Assembly (NCBI GenBank): GCA_964565495.1
Contig: CAZMFE010000003.1
Span: 1 to 25,962 of the forward strand
DNA length: 25,962 nt
Source of the DNA: an uncultured bacterium
GTDB taxonomy: Bacteria > Omnitrophota > Omnitrophia > Omnitrophales > JACQLI01
Reading direction: 5' to 3'
Both the position numbers and the translations under genes were made by a program. Within the stretch, counting starts at the first letter, position 1. Each line of letters begins with the position of its first letter. The notes below the pieces were generated by a model. That model made no database searches, was not told the DNA's origin, and was given only the letters and a program-made list of their open reading frames with translations. This document shows positions 6,598-15,327 of the stretch, in pieces.

Positions 6598-8250
6598 GGC
6601 GCTTGTTTTACGCTTTCCCTTCGGCGCCACGAAGAATTCCATGTATTTTCCAAGGGCGAGGCGGGTCTGGGCATCAAAGGCGGGAATCGCCCCGAAGATC
6701 GTGGCGATGACGGGAACCAGAAGCCATTGAAAGGCAAAGACGACCTTCTGATAGAGAGGAACTTTTTTCGGACGTTTGGGGAGGAGGAAAAAACTCAGGA
6801 CGATCGAGATGAAAAGACTCGCGATCGCAAGATTGGCAATCACCCCCGCGACGCGCGGGGCATTAAAGTAGGCCACTGAACCTGCGAAGTCGCGATTCGG
6901 CACCCACAGGGGGGCCCAGCTTAGAATCAGCATCATCGGGGTCCAAATCGCCCACGCCACATTCATCTCGAGGAGACGAAAGGTCCGTTTGACTTTGAGC
7001 CAAAGAGGAATTTTCGAATTGGCCAGAAGTCCTCGAACAAGAATCGGAAAATTTTCGACTCCCCAGGCCCACCTTCTTTTTTGGCGGTAGATCGATTGAC
7101 AGGTTTTCCAGAGGTTCTCTCCAATGGCCACATCCATGGAAACAGTGACATAAAGAGGTTCGACCCGATAGTCGCCGTCATAGACGAGGAAGGCCTTCCA
7201 GAAAATCGCTGAGTCATCGGAAACAAGGTCGAGGGGCCAGAAACCCACTTCCACGAGCGCTTGAAAGCTCATGCTGTGACTGGAGAAGGTGACGAGGTGT
7301 TCGGGATCGGTGACTTCAATCAACTGCAGAAAGGAAGAACCCGTTTCGAGGACCCGGGCAAAAGGCGGGGCCTCCCAGAGATTGTTGTGATAGACCGGAA
7401 TCGGCTGGAAACTCGTTCGGGTCCGTCTGGGATGAATGAGGTAATTGTAAGTGAGGCAGGAGAAGTACTCCGGACTCACGACCGTGTCGGAGTCAAAACA
7501 GGAGACCAGGAGATGATCCAAAGGAACGCGTCTCGCCTCAAAGAACTTTTTCGCCCAACGCGCCGCATGAGTCGAATTGGCCCCCTTCACAGGGGCTTCT
7601 CCCGCTCCTCCCTCGGGATGGACGCACACCTCAAAGTGAAGAAAGAATTTTGCGTATCGCTCCCTTAAAATCTCAGCCTGCCCGAGCGCCTCTTTTCCGG
7701 CCCGTTCTTCAACTCCCAGAACGACGACCATTCGATCTCGCGGGTAATTTACACGGGCCAAGGCCTCAAGACTGGGTCCCAAGACCGAAAGTCCTTCCTG
7801 ATAAAAGGGGATGATGACGAGGTGACAAATCTCTTTGGGATCTGGAAAATGGAGAGACTTCTGCCTCACCCGTTCCAGGGTTGCGAGGTGCCTGCGCTCT
7901 GAATAAAGCGCTTTCCAATTCGTTCGGAGTTCACGGAGGCGCCTGCGGCTTCTTGCGATGGCACTTTCCAGATTCCCAAGATCTTCAAGCCGGTTTCGCC
8001 ACTTGACCGACCGCTCCACCTCGAGGAGGCCATAAGAGAGGACGAGGAAAATCGTGAAGTAAATCAGTCGCAAAAGCCAATAGAGGTCAAAGAGGATAAT
8101 GGTTACGACCCCCGCCGCAGGGGCAAACACACAAAGAAGGGTGAGGGAGAGGAGAAGGCTCCAACTTAAGCTCGCGGGGACGATTTCGAGAAAGCGTTCA
8201 AGCCGCCAGGCCTTCGGATCCAGATGCTGGCGAGAATAAGAGAAGGTCAT
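6571..8250 (-). CDS. Membrane-bound family-2 glycosyltransferase (processive synthase-like)
   Basis: N-terminal TM helices, GT-A motifs KGANS, FDSD (DxD), SDD, QKRRW (QxxRW), C-terminal TM helices. ATGA overlap with the upstream PEGA gene. Confidence 0.85.
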   Translation of the reverse strand: MTFSYSRQHLDPKAWRLERFLEIVPASLSWSLLLSLTLLCVFAPAAGVVTIILFDLYWLLRLIYFTIFLVLSYGLLEVERSVKWRNRLEDLGNLESAIARSRRRLRELRTNWKALYSERRHLATLERVRQKSLHFPDPKEICHLVIIPFYQEGLSVLGPSLEALARVNYPRDRMVVVLGVEERAGKEALGQAEILRERYAKFFLHFEVCVHPEGGAGEAPVKGANSTHAARWAKKFFEARRVPLDHLLVSCFDSDTVVSPEYFSCLTYNYLIHPRRTRTSFQPIPVYHNNLWEAPPFARVLETGSSFLQLIEVTDPEHLVTFSSHSMSFQALVEVGFWPLDLVSDDSAIFWKAFLVYDGDYRVEPLYVTVSMDVAIGENLWKTCQSIYRQKRRWAWGVENFPILVRGLLANSKIPLWLKVKRTFRLLEMNVAWAIWTPMMLILSWAPLWVPNRDFAGSVAYFNAPRVAGVIANLAIASLFISIVLSFFLLPKRPKKVPLYQKVVFAFQWLLVPVIATIFGAIPAFDAQTRLALGKYMEFFVAPKGKRKTSAVIAKTQHF

Positions 8251-9677
8251 GGGAAAAGGCCCTCTCCTTCGAAGAGTTTAAACCGGGCGAGCCGGTTCCG
8301 ATCGGGATGGACGAAGTAGAGAAACCCTCGTTTTCGGTCAAGGAGGATCTGAGGGAACTCGCCTGAAATTTCAAAAAGCTCAATGGCCTCTCCCTCCCCT
8401 TCGAAATCAAGGACCTTCACGCGGCTGCCCTCCAGGAATAGAACATATCGGTCGCTGTAAAACCAGAGGAGGTTTCCCAGGGCCTCCTTTCCCTGGTAGA
8501 TTCTGCGGGGAGTCAGGCCCCTTTCGAAGAAAGTCCTTTCGCGTTCCCGTTCAAAATCCACTATCCAGAGCTCGGTCCCTTTCCGGTAAAGAACTCTCGG
8601 ATGAGAATTGGCCAGGGCCAGTTCATGGACTCCCTCGTCGAGAAAATAAGGGAGTTTATTGGAGAAGAGCTTTCCTTGATGGGAAAGGAAAAGGGCGAGG
8701 GCATCCTCTAAAGAAGAGAAGAGGGAGACGGGGGGGAGAAAGGAAATGGAGTATCGCTCTCCTTCATCCGGCCCAAAAATCAAACGAGCCTTCTCGGGTT
8801 CCTTCAAGAGGGTATTTCGAATTTTTCCCTGGGGGGTCACCTCTAAAAAACGCCGTCGTGCATCTAAGACAAAGAGGCGCGATCCATAGAGTGCGAAACT
8901 CCGGATCCTTTTCGGGAGATCGAGATAAAGGACTCCTTCATCCAGATCGAGATACCTCAAGGTCTCTCCTTTGAGATAGAAAAGGGAACTTTTGTGAGGG
9001 GCTCCCCATTGGAGTTGAGTGAAAGGTTCTTGCAAAAGATCCGTTAAGGAATTGACTTGGATCGGGTCGGAAAATCTGACCAACAAGGGGCGAAGACCCT
9101 CGCTCCTTCGAAGAGAAACAATCGCCCGATCGCCCCAAGGGTGAAGAAGAACTTTTTCTACGACCGCCTCTCGAGTGGGGCCGATGGGAAAGATCGGCCG
9201 GAATTCCTTTTTGTCAGGTTCGAAGAGGGTGAGTCCAGAAGCTTTTTCTCCTTCGAGCACAACGAGGCGTTTGCCTCCGGGATCGGACCAAATTTTCGTC
9301 ACCGAAAAGTTTCCCAAAATCTCAAGACGAGGCGAAAGGGGGAAAAGAAGAATATCCTCAAGACGAAGTGCCCGATCCGGTTTCGTCTCAATCCTTTTCT
9401 GCCACGGGTGATATCCCGGGAGGCCGATCCGAAGATCATAGAATCCAGGCCGCAGGTTACGTAGGACAAGGGGAGTCTTGTCGTTGGCAAGAACCCCATT
9501 GACCCAAACTCGAGCCTGGGAAGGTTCCGTCTCTACACTGACAAGGCCGGTCGGCAGCAGGGTTTGCTGGATCGGGCTGAAAATATACCCTAAAGCATAG
9601 AGAATCGTGAGAGGGGCGGCCACAAGGTAGATCCCTACAAATACGAACAAAATGATCCTCCGAAGTTTACCCACCAT
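8247..9677 (-). CDS. Membrane-anchored PEGA-domain protein with a beta-rich (possibly propeller) C-terminal region
   Basis: N-terminal TM helix, then VETEPSQARVWVNG…TPLVLRNLRPGFYDLRIGLPGYHPW (PEGA-like). SD GAAAGGTGA upstream on the minus strand. Confidence 0.75.
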   Translation of the reverse strand: MVGKLRRIILFVFVGIYLVAAPLTILYALGYIFSPIQQTLLPTGLVSVETEPSQARVWVNGVLANDKTPLVLRNLRPGFYDLRIGLPGYHPWQKRIETKPDRALRLEDILLFPLSPRLEILGNFSVTKIWSDPGGKRLVVLEGEKASGLTLFEPDKKEFRPIFPIGPTREAVVEKVLLHPWGDRAIVSLRRSEGLRPLLVRFSDPIQVNSLTDLLQEPFTQLQWGAPHKSSLFYLKGETLRYLDLDEGVLYLDLPKRIRSFALYGSRLFVLDARRRFLEVTPQGKIRNTLLKEPEKARLIFGPDEGERYSISFLPPVSLFSSLEDALALFLSHQGKLFSNKLPYFLDEGVHELALANSHPRVLYRKGTELWIVDFERERERTFFERGLTPRRIYQGKEALGNLLWFYSDRYVLFLEGSRVKVLDFEGEGEAIELFEISGEFPQILLDRKRGFLYFVHPDRNRLARFKLFEGEGLFP

Positions 9678-9729
9678 TCACCTTTCTCAACCCTAGATTC
9701 TGCTTAATTTTACGCTAGTTCACCCCGCA

Positions 9730-9758
9730 TTGACAAGTCAAGCTCGTTCAGCTAAAGT
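9730..9758 (+). promoter_or_regulatory. Sigma70-like promoter for rsmA
   Basis: TTGACA (9730-9735), 17-bp spacer, TAAAGT (9753-9758). Confidence 0.55.
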
Positions 9759-9783
9759 CCAAGACAAGACACTACCCGTCGCA

Positions 9784-10686
9784 ATGTCCTCGACTCAAAT
9801 TGCCCTTCTTAAAAAGTATGGTCTTTCCATTCGTGGGATAAGGGGCCAGCATCTTCTCATCGACCCAAATATTCAGCGAAAAATTGTTGAGCTTCTTGAC
9901 CCAAAGCCCAAGGAGTGGGTTCTTGAAATAGGCCCGGGTCTTGGGGCGCTCACTCAAGAAATTTTGGTAGCGGGGGCATCGGTCATTGCTGTGGAGAAGG
10001 ACAAGCGGTTTTGTGAGATCTTGGAGGGGGAATTGGGACCAGATTACAAAAATAGGCTTTGGGTTGGAAATGCGGATGTCTTGAAAATCGACTTGGAGAA
10101 ATTGCTGAAGCGTGTTCTTGGGTCGTCATTGCGGGCGCTCCGCCACTGCAAAGTTATTTCAAATCTCCCTTACTACATCACCTCGCCTGTTCTTTTCTGG
10201 TTAATTGAGAATCGTAGCTACGTCGAAAAAGCGGTCTTGATGATGCAGCGCGAAGTGGCCAAGCGAATTCTCGCTCAGCCGGGAAACAAGGACTATGGGC
10301 GGCTCACCCTTGCCATTCGCTATTATGCCGAGGTCCACCGCGCCTTTGACGTGTCACGAAATTGTTTCAGCCCGAGGCCGGATGTCGACTCAAGTGTGAT
10401 CACCCTCGACTTTCACTCCCCCTCCAAACTCCCTCGAGGGATCAATCAAGATTTCCTTTTTCATTTGATTCAGGTTGCCTTCGGGGCACGGAGAAAAACT
10501 TTGCTTGCTCGATTAACAAGTGATTCCCAGATTGGAAAATCACGAGGCGAACTGGTTGAAATTTTACGAAAGGTTGGGATCCGCGAAAAAGCCCGGGGAG
10601 AAGACCTCCTCCTTAAAGATTTTATGGCAATCGCCATGTCATTGCGAGGAGCGGAGCGAAGCAATGACGTTCTGCCCATTTATTGA
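9784..10686 (+). CDS. rsmA: 16S rRNA m6,2A1518/1519 dimethyltransferase (KsgA)
   Basis: GQHLLID, VLEIGPGLGALT, SNLPYYI, MMQREVAKR, FSPRPDVDS, FGARRKTL. ATG 9784 lies downstream of the promoter, whereas the ORF-track start 9730 is the -35 box. Confidence 0.95.
   Translation: MSSTQIALLKKYGLSIRGIRGQHLLIDPNIQRKIVELLDPKPKEWVLEIGPGLGALTQEILVAGASVIAVEKDKRFCEILEGELGPDYKNRLWVGNADVLKIDLEKLLKRVLGSSLRALRHCKVISNLPYYITSPVLFWLIENRSYVEKAVLMMQREVAKRILAQPGNKDYGRLTLAIRYYAEVHRAFDVSRNCFSPRPDVDSSVITLDFHSPSKLPRGINQDFLFHLIQVAFGARRKTLLARLTSDSQIGKSRGELVEILRKVGIREKARGEDLLLKDFMAIAMSLRGAERSNDVLPIY
10638..10668. repeat. GTCATTGCG-family palindrome within the rsmA 3' end
   Basis: GTCATTGCGAGGAGCGGAGCGAAGCAATGAC. Its first 20 bp are the exact reverse complement of 14539-14558. 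Confidence 0.85.
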
Positions 10687-10712
10687 CAATAGGAATCGTA
10701 TCATGTTACTAT
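10683..10712 (+). promoter_or_regulatory. Sigma70-like promoter for the gatCAB-tsaD operon
   Basis: TTGACA (10683-10688), 18-bp spacer, TG-T-TACTAT (10707-10712). SD AGGAG ~9 nt before gatC. Confidence 0.55.
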
Positions 10713-10739
10713 CCCTAAATAAGAAAAGGAGTTACGACG

Positions 10740-11024
10740 ATGGCGTTTGAGATTGGCGAGATTGCGGAACTGGCGCGTTTGAGCTTAAGGCCTGAAGAAA
10801 AGGCGAAATTTCAGAAAGAGATCGAATCGATCCTTGCCTATGTGGAGCAGTTGAAAAAGGTCCCGACAGATCATGTTGAGGCAACAAGCCACGTCCTTAA
10901 TCTTGAAAATGTGTTTCGTGAAGATAAAATCAAGCCCTGTGAGGTCCGTGAAGCCGTCCTCAAACACGCTCCCCATCGGGAAGGGAATTTCTTCAAGGTC
11001 CCGAAAGTCATCGAGCAGGAATAA
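10740..11024 (+). CDS. gatC: Asp/Glu-tRNA amidotransferase subunit C
   Basis: IAELARL…ILAYVEQL…NVFRED…FFKVPKVI, 94 aa, directly before gatA. Confidence 0.95.
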   Translation: MAFEIGEIAELARLSLRPEEKAKFQKEIESILAYVEQLKKVPTDHVEATSHVLNLENVFREDKIKPCEVREAVLKHAPHREGNFFKVPKVIEQE

Positions 11025-12442
11025 TGTCCAATCCCCGTTTTACTCTCAAAGAGGCAATTGCCTTTGCTCGCGAAGAAGGCCCGGAAAAACTCATCGACTC
11101 CCTTGCCCAGCGCGTGAAAGAGGTTGATTCCAAGATCAACGCCTACATCCACTTCGATCCGGCACGGATTGAGGGGGCGCACCGGAGCGGCCACCTCCAT
11201 GGAGTTCCAATTTCGATTAAGGACAATATCTGTATTCGCGGGTGGGAGACGACGTGCGCGTCGAAAATCTTAGAAGGTTTCACCCCCCCTTATGACGCCA
11301 CCGTCATTGAGAAATTGCGCGAGGCGGGGGCCACGCTCTTTGGAAAATGCAACATGGATGAATTTGCCTTCGGTTCCTCTACCGAAACTTCGGTCTTCGG
11401 GCCAACCCGAAATCCCTGGAATTTAGATCGAGTCCCCGGAGGATCGAGCGGGGGATCCGCCGCCGCCGTGGCCGCCGATGAGGCCTTCGCCGCCTTGGGG
11501 ACGGATACCGGCGGATCAATTCGTCTGCCTGCCGCCTTTTGCGGCGTGGTAGGCCTGAAACCCACCTATGGGAGAGTCTCTCGTTATGGTTTGGTCGCGT
11601 TTGGCTCGAGTTTCGATCAAATCGGCCCCCTCACAAAGACCGTGGAAGATTGTGCGATCCTGATGAATATCCTCGCAGGACATGATGAACGGGACTCGAC
11701 TTCGGTGGATCTTCCCGTTCCGGATTACACGTTGTCCCTGAAGCGGGGCGTGAAAGGTCTTAAGATCGGTCTTCCTAAGGAGTATTTTGTCAAAGGGATG
11801 GATCCCGAAGTGGAGCAGGCGGTACGCGAGGCAGCGAAAGTGTATCAAAAATTAGGAGCCACGACTCAAGAAGTCGGTCTTCCTCATACGCCTCATTCGA
11901 TTGCGGTCTATTACATTGTGGCCGTCGCCGAGGCGAGTTCCAACTTGGGAAGATATGACGGAGTCCAATACGGGTTTCGCGCCCAAAATGGAAATTTGCG
12001 GGACATGTATTTTGAGACTCGGGATCTTGGATTTGGAGCTGAGGCCAAGCGGAGGATTCTTTTAGGAACCTTTGTCTTGTCCGCGGGTTATCACGAGGCC
12101 TATTATCGAAAGGGCCAAAAGGTAAGGACTTTGATTCGGGAAGATTTTGAGAAAGTCTTCAAAGAAGTCGATTTGCTCCTCACCCCCGTTTCTCCCACCC
12201 CTCCTTTCAAACTCGGGGAGAAAATGACCGATCCCTTGACGATGTATCTTTCCGATATCTTCACGATTTCTGTCAATTTAGCAGGCGTTCCCGCGATGGC
12301 CCTTCCCTCGGGCTTCACAAAATCCGGACTCCCGATCGGAATGCAGCTTATCGCGCGCCCCTTCGCCGAAGAGGCAATTTTCCAAGCCGCTTACGCTTAC
12401 GAGCAGGAAACCCAATGGTTCAAACGCAAACCCAAACTTTGA
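11024..12442 (+). CDS. gatA: Asp/Glu-tRNA amidotransferase subunit A
   Basis: GVPISIKDNI, GKCNMDEFAFGSS, PGGSSGGSAAAVAA, GTDTGGSIRLPA amidase signature. Confidence 0.97.
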   Translation: MSNPRFTLKEAIAFAREEGPEKLIDSLAQRVKEVDSKINAYIHFDPARIEGAHRSGHLHGVPISIKDNICIRGWETTCASKILEGFTPPYDATVIEKLREAGATLFGKCNMDEFAFGSSTETSVFGPTRNPWNLDRVPGGSSGGSAAAVAADEAFAALGTDTGGSIRLPAAFCGVVGLKPTYGRVSRYGLVAFGSSFDQIGPLTKTVEDCAILMNILAGHDERDSTSVDLPVPDYTLSLKRGVKGLKIGLPKEYFVKGMDPEVEQAVREAAKVYQKLGATTQEVGLPHTPHSIAVYYIVAVAEASSNLGRYDGVQYGFRAQNGNLRDMYFETRDLGFGAEAKRRILLGTFVLSAGYHEAYYRKGQKVRTLIREDFEKVFKEVDLLLTPVSPTPPFKLGEKMTDPLTMYLSDIFTISVNLAGVPAMALPSGFTKSGLPIGMQLIARPFAEEAIFQAAYAYEQETQWFKRKPKL

Positions 12443-13866
12443 TGGAACCAGTAATTGGACTAGAGGTTCACGTCCAGCTGAAGACGCGGTCGAAGCTTTT
12501 TTGTCCCTGTCCGAATGAGTTTGGGGCGGAGCCGAATAAGAATACGTGTCCGGTTTGTCTGGGACTGCCGGGTTCCCTGCCGGTTTTGAATCGCGAGGCC
12601 CTTCGGCTGGCGATTCGAGTGGGACTCGCCCTTCATTGTGAAGTGGCCGGTCGGCTCAAATTCGACCGAAAAAATTATTTTTACCCCGATCTCCCCAAGG
12701 CCTACCAGATCTCTCAATACGATAGGCCTGTCAATTCCAAGGGCTTCCTCATGGTGGAGACTCGAAACGGCTTAAAGAAGATCGAAATCACCCGCGCCCA
12801 TCTGGAAGAGGACGCAGGCAAACTCCTTCACGAGGGGGTGCGGGAAGGGAGTCTGATCGATTACAACCGAGCGGGGGTGCCCCTGATGGAGGTCGTTTCT
12901 GAACCCGATCTCCGATCTTCGGAGGATGCCTACGAATATTTGACGACCCTAAAAGCGATTCTTCAGTACCTTGACGTGAGTGATTGCGACATGGAAAAAG
13001 GAAGCCTCCGTTGTGACGCCAATATTTCCGTCAGGCCCAAAGGCGAAGCCCGTCTTGGGACAAAAGTCGAGATCAAAAATATGAATTCATTTCGGGCAGT
13101 CCAAAAGGCTCTCGAGTTTGAAATCAAACGTCAGACCGAGGTTCTCCAAGAAGGAGGAAAATTGACCCAGGAGACGCGTCTGTGGAACGAATCAAAGGAC
13201 GGAACCTTCTCCATGCGGTCCAAAGAATATGCCCACGATTACCGCTACTTCCCAGAGCCCGACCTCGTTCCCTTTACGATTGCGCGGGAGGAGGTCGAGG
13301 GGATTCGGAAGACTTTGCCCGAGCTTCCGCTGGATCGGGCGAAGCGGCTCATGAAGGATTATGGAATTCCGGAGGCGGATGCCTTTCGTCTCGTGCAGGA
13401 CAAAAAATTGGCGGCGTATTACGAAACCTGTGTGGCCGAGAAGGTGAGTCCGAGACTGGCGGCGAACTGGATTCAAAGCGAACTCTTAGGACTTCTGAAT
13501 GAGAAGGGATTAACGATTGAAAAATCCCCTGTTTCAGCCCCAGGGCTTGCTGCGCTGATCCGACTCATTGAAAATAACACCCTGAGTGGGAAAATCGCCA
13601 AGGAGGTTCTCCCCGAGATGCTCGTCGCGGGAAAATCGGCGGAAGCGATTGTGAAGGAGAAAGGACTGGTTCAAATCACCGATACCGAAGTGATCGTGAG
13701 GACCGTCGAACAGGTCATTCAATCAAACGCAGTGGTGGTGAAAGATTTCAAAAATGGAAAGAAAGAAGCCCTCGGTTTTCTTATCGGCCAAGTGATGAAG
13801 GAAACTCAAGGAAAAGCCAGCCCCAAGATCGTAAATGAAATTTTGGAGAAAAAGTTGAAAGGCTAA
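12442..13866 (+). CDS. gatB: Asp/Glu-tRNA amidotransferase subunit B
   Basis: IGLEVHVQL, RKNYFYPDLPKAYQISQ, HLEEDAGK, LRCDANIS, YRYFPEPDL, Yqey-like tail. ATG 12442 overlaps the gatA stop (TGATG). Confidence 0.97.
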   Translation: MEPVIGLEVHVQLKTRSKLFCPCPNEFGAEPNKNTCPVCLGLPGSLPVLNREALRLAIRVGLALHCEVAGRLKFDRKNYFYPDLPKAYQISQYDRPVNSKGFLMVETRNGLKKIEITRAHLEEDAGKLLHEGVREGSLIDYNRAGVPLMEVVSEPDLRSSEDAYEYLTTLKAILQYLDVSDCDMEKGSLRCDANISVRPKGEARLGTKVEIKNMNSFRAVQKALEFEIKRQTEVLQEGGKLTQETRLWNESKDGTFSMRSKEYAHDYRYFPEPDLVPFTIAREEVEGIRKTLPELPLDRAKRLMKDYGIPEADAFRLVQDKKLAAYYETCVAEKVSPRLAANWIQSELLGLLNEKGLTIEKSPVSAPGLAALIRLIENNTLSGKIAKEVLPEMLVAGKSAEAIVKEKGLVQITDTEVIVRTVEQVIQSNAVVVKDFKNGKKEALGFLIGQVMKETQGKASPKIVNEILEKKLKG

Positions 13867-14876
13867 TGTTAACTCTTGGAATCGAAACCTCCTGTGACGA
13901 GACTTCTTGCGCTGTTTTAGAAAACGGCAATCGGATCCTTTCCAACGTCGTCTCTTCAAGCCTTGCAAAGCACAAGCCCTTCGGGGGTGTGGTTCCCGAA
14001 ATTGCTTCCCGGCATTGTCTGGAACAGATCGATTTTGTTTTCAAAACAGCGCTTCGTAAAACCAAGGTCGCCGAGAAAGATTTAGGCCTGATTGCGGTCA
14101 CCCAGGGACCCGGTCTGGTGGGTTCCCTCCTCGTCGGATTATCCTTTGCGAAGGCCCTGGCTTATCAACTCGGAATTCCTTTTGTCGGTGTGAATCACCT
14201 CGAGGGCCACTTGGCAGCTAACTTTATCGGTCGACCCCTCCCTCGGCATCCGTATATTGGACTCATCGTTTCTGGAGGGCACACGGAACTGACGGTTCAT
14301 CGCAACGGTTCCGTAAAAATTCTAGGGTCAACCGTCGACGACGCGGTGGGAGAGGCGTATGATAAGAGCGCGAAACTTTTAGGGCTGGGATATCCGGGGG
14401 GCCCCTTGATCGACCGGCTCGCTCAGAAGGGGAACCCCCAGGCGTTCCGTTTTACGAAACCGAGACAGGAAGGCCGGTTTGATTTTAGTTTCAGCGGGAT
14501 TAAGACTGCGGTACGAAACGTCATTGCGAGCCCCGTCTGCTCCGCTCCTCGCAATGACAGAATCTTAAATGATCTTTGTGCCAGTTTTCAGGAGACGGTG
14601 GTTGGCTGGCTCGTTGAGAAAACAATCGACGCCTGCCGGACCCAAAAGGTGAAAGAGGTTGTGGTTGGGGGAGGGGTGAGCGCGAATTCGAGGCTTCGCC
14701 GCCTCCTTGGCGAGGAAGCAAGACCCTACGGAATCCGGGTTTGGTTTCCTCCTCTGGCTCTGACGGTTGATAATGCCGCCATGATTGCCCGCCGGGGTTG
14801 GGAACTTTATAGAAATGGTAAACGTTCGGATTGGAAGATTTCAGCCTTACCGAATATGAGAATAGGAGAATCGTGA
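13866..14876 (+). CDS. tsaD: tRNA N6-threonylcarbamoyladenosine transferase
   Basis: LGIETSCDET, GGVVPEIASR, NHLEGH, VSGGHT, DDAVGEAYDK, DFSFSGIKTA, GGVSAN, DNAAMIA. Confidence 0.97.
   Translation: MLTLGIETSCDETSCAVLENGNRILSNVVSSSLAKHKPFGGVVPEIASRHCLEQIDFVFKTALRKTKVAEKDLGLIAVTQGPGLVGSLLVGLSFAKALAYQLGIPFVGVNHLEGHLAANFIGRPLPRHPYIGLIVSGGHTELTVHRNGSVKILGSTVDDAVGEAYDKSAKLLGLGYPGGPLIDRLAQKGNPQAFRFTKPRQEGRFDFSFSGIKTAVRNVIASPVCSAPRNDRILNDLCASFQETVVGWLVEKTIDACRTQKVKEVVVGGGVSANSRLRRLLGEEARPYGIRVWFPPLALTVDNAAMIARRGWELYRNGKRSDWKISALPNMRIGES
14520..14558. repeat. 39-bp GTCATTGCG-family palindrome in frame inside tsaD
   Basis: Perfect 11-bp IR GTCATTGCGAG/CTCGCAATGAC, encoding VIASPVCSAPRND. Confidence 0.85.
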
Positions 14877-14877
14877 C

Positions 14878-15327
14878 ATGAGCTGGCTCGCGCCCGAAGA
14901 TCAACAAATGATTATCCGACTTTTTCTTGCCACGCTTTTTGGCGGTCTGATCGGATTAGAACGCGAAATCCATGGGAAAGTAGCAGGGCTTCGGACCCAT
15001 TCGCTTGTGTCGCTAGGTTCCGCCCTCATCATGATTGTCTCGATTGATATTTATGAGGCCTACCGAGGCTTAACCGAGGTCGATCCTTCACGGATCGCAG
15101 CCCAAGTCGTCAGCGGGATCGGATTTCTTGGAGCGGGGGCGATTATCCGATTTCCCACCGGGATTACCGGCCTCACGACGGCTGCGAGTCTGTGGGTCGT
15201 GGCCGGGATTGGCCTGGCTTGCGGCTCCGGTTCTCTCAAGCCGGCCCTCGTTGCGATGGTTCTGGTCCTCGTGGTTTTAGTGGTCTTTGCCCAGGTGGGT
15301 CGGGCGTTCGGTTGGAAGGATGTGTAA
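14878..15327 (+). CDS. MgtC/SapB family membrane protein (short form)
   Basis: IGLERE…AGLRTH, DPSRIAAQVVSGIGFLGAGAI, GLTTAASLW. Confidence 0.92.
   Translation: MSWLAPEDQQMIIRLFLATLFGGLIGLEREIHGKVAGLRTHSLVSLGSALIMIVSIDIYEAYRGLTEVDPSRIAAQVVSGIGFLGAGAIIRFPTGITGLTTAASLWVVAGIGLACGSGSLKPALVAMVLVLVVLVVFAQVGRAFGWKDV

Noticed and set aside
9719-9727. TTCACCCCG, matching the reverse complement of the spoVG-associated repeat arm, at the PEGA/rsmA junction
   Set aside because: Only 9 bp, compatible with chance in a 26-kb window.
15192-15326. ORF-track 5' extensions of larB (also gatB 12415, hisG 17073, rsmA 9730, larC 16058)
   Set aside because: They overlap upstream genes or promoter boxes. Homology-like sequence begins at the downstream ATGs, which show standard stop/start overlaps.
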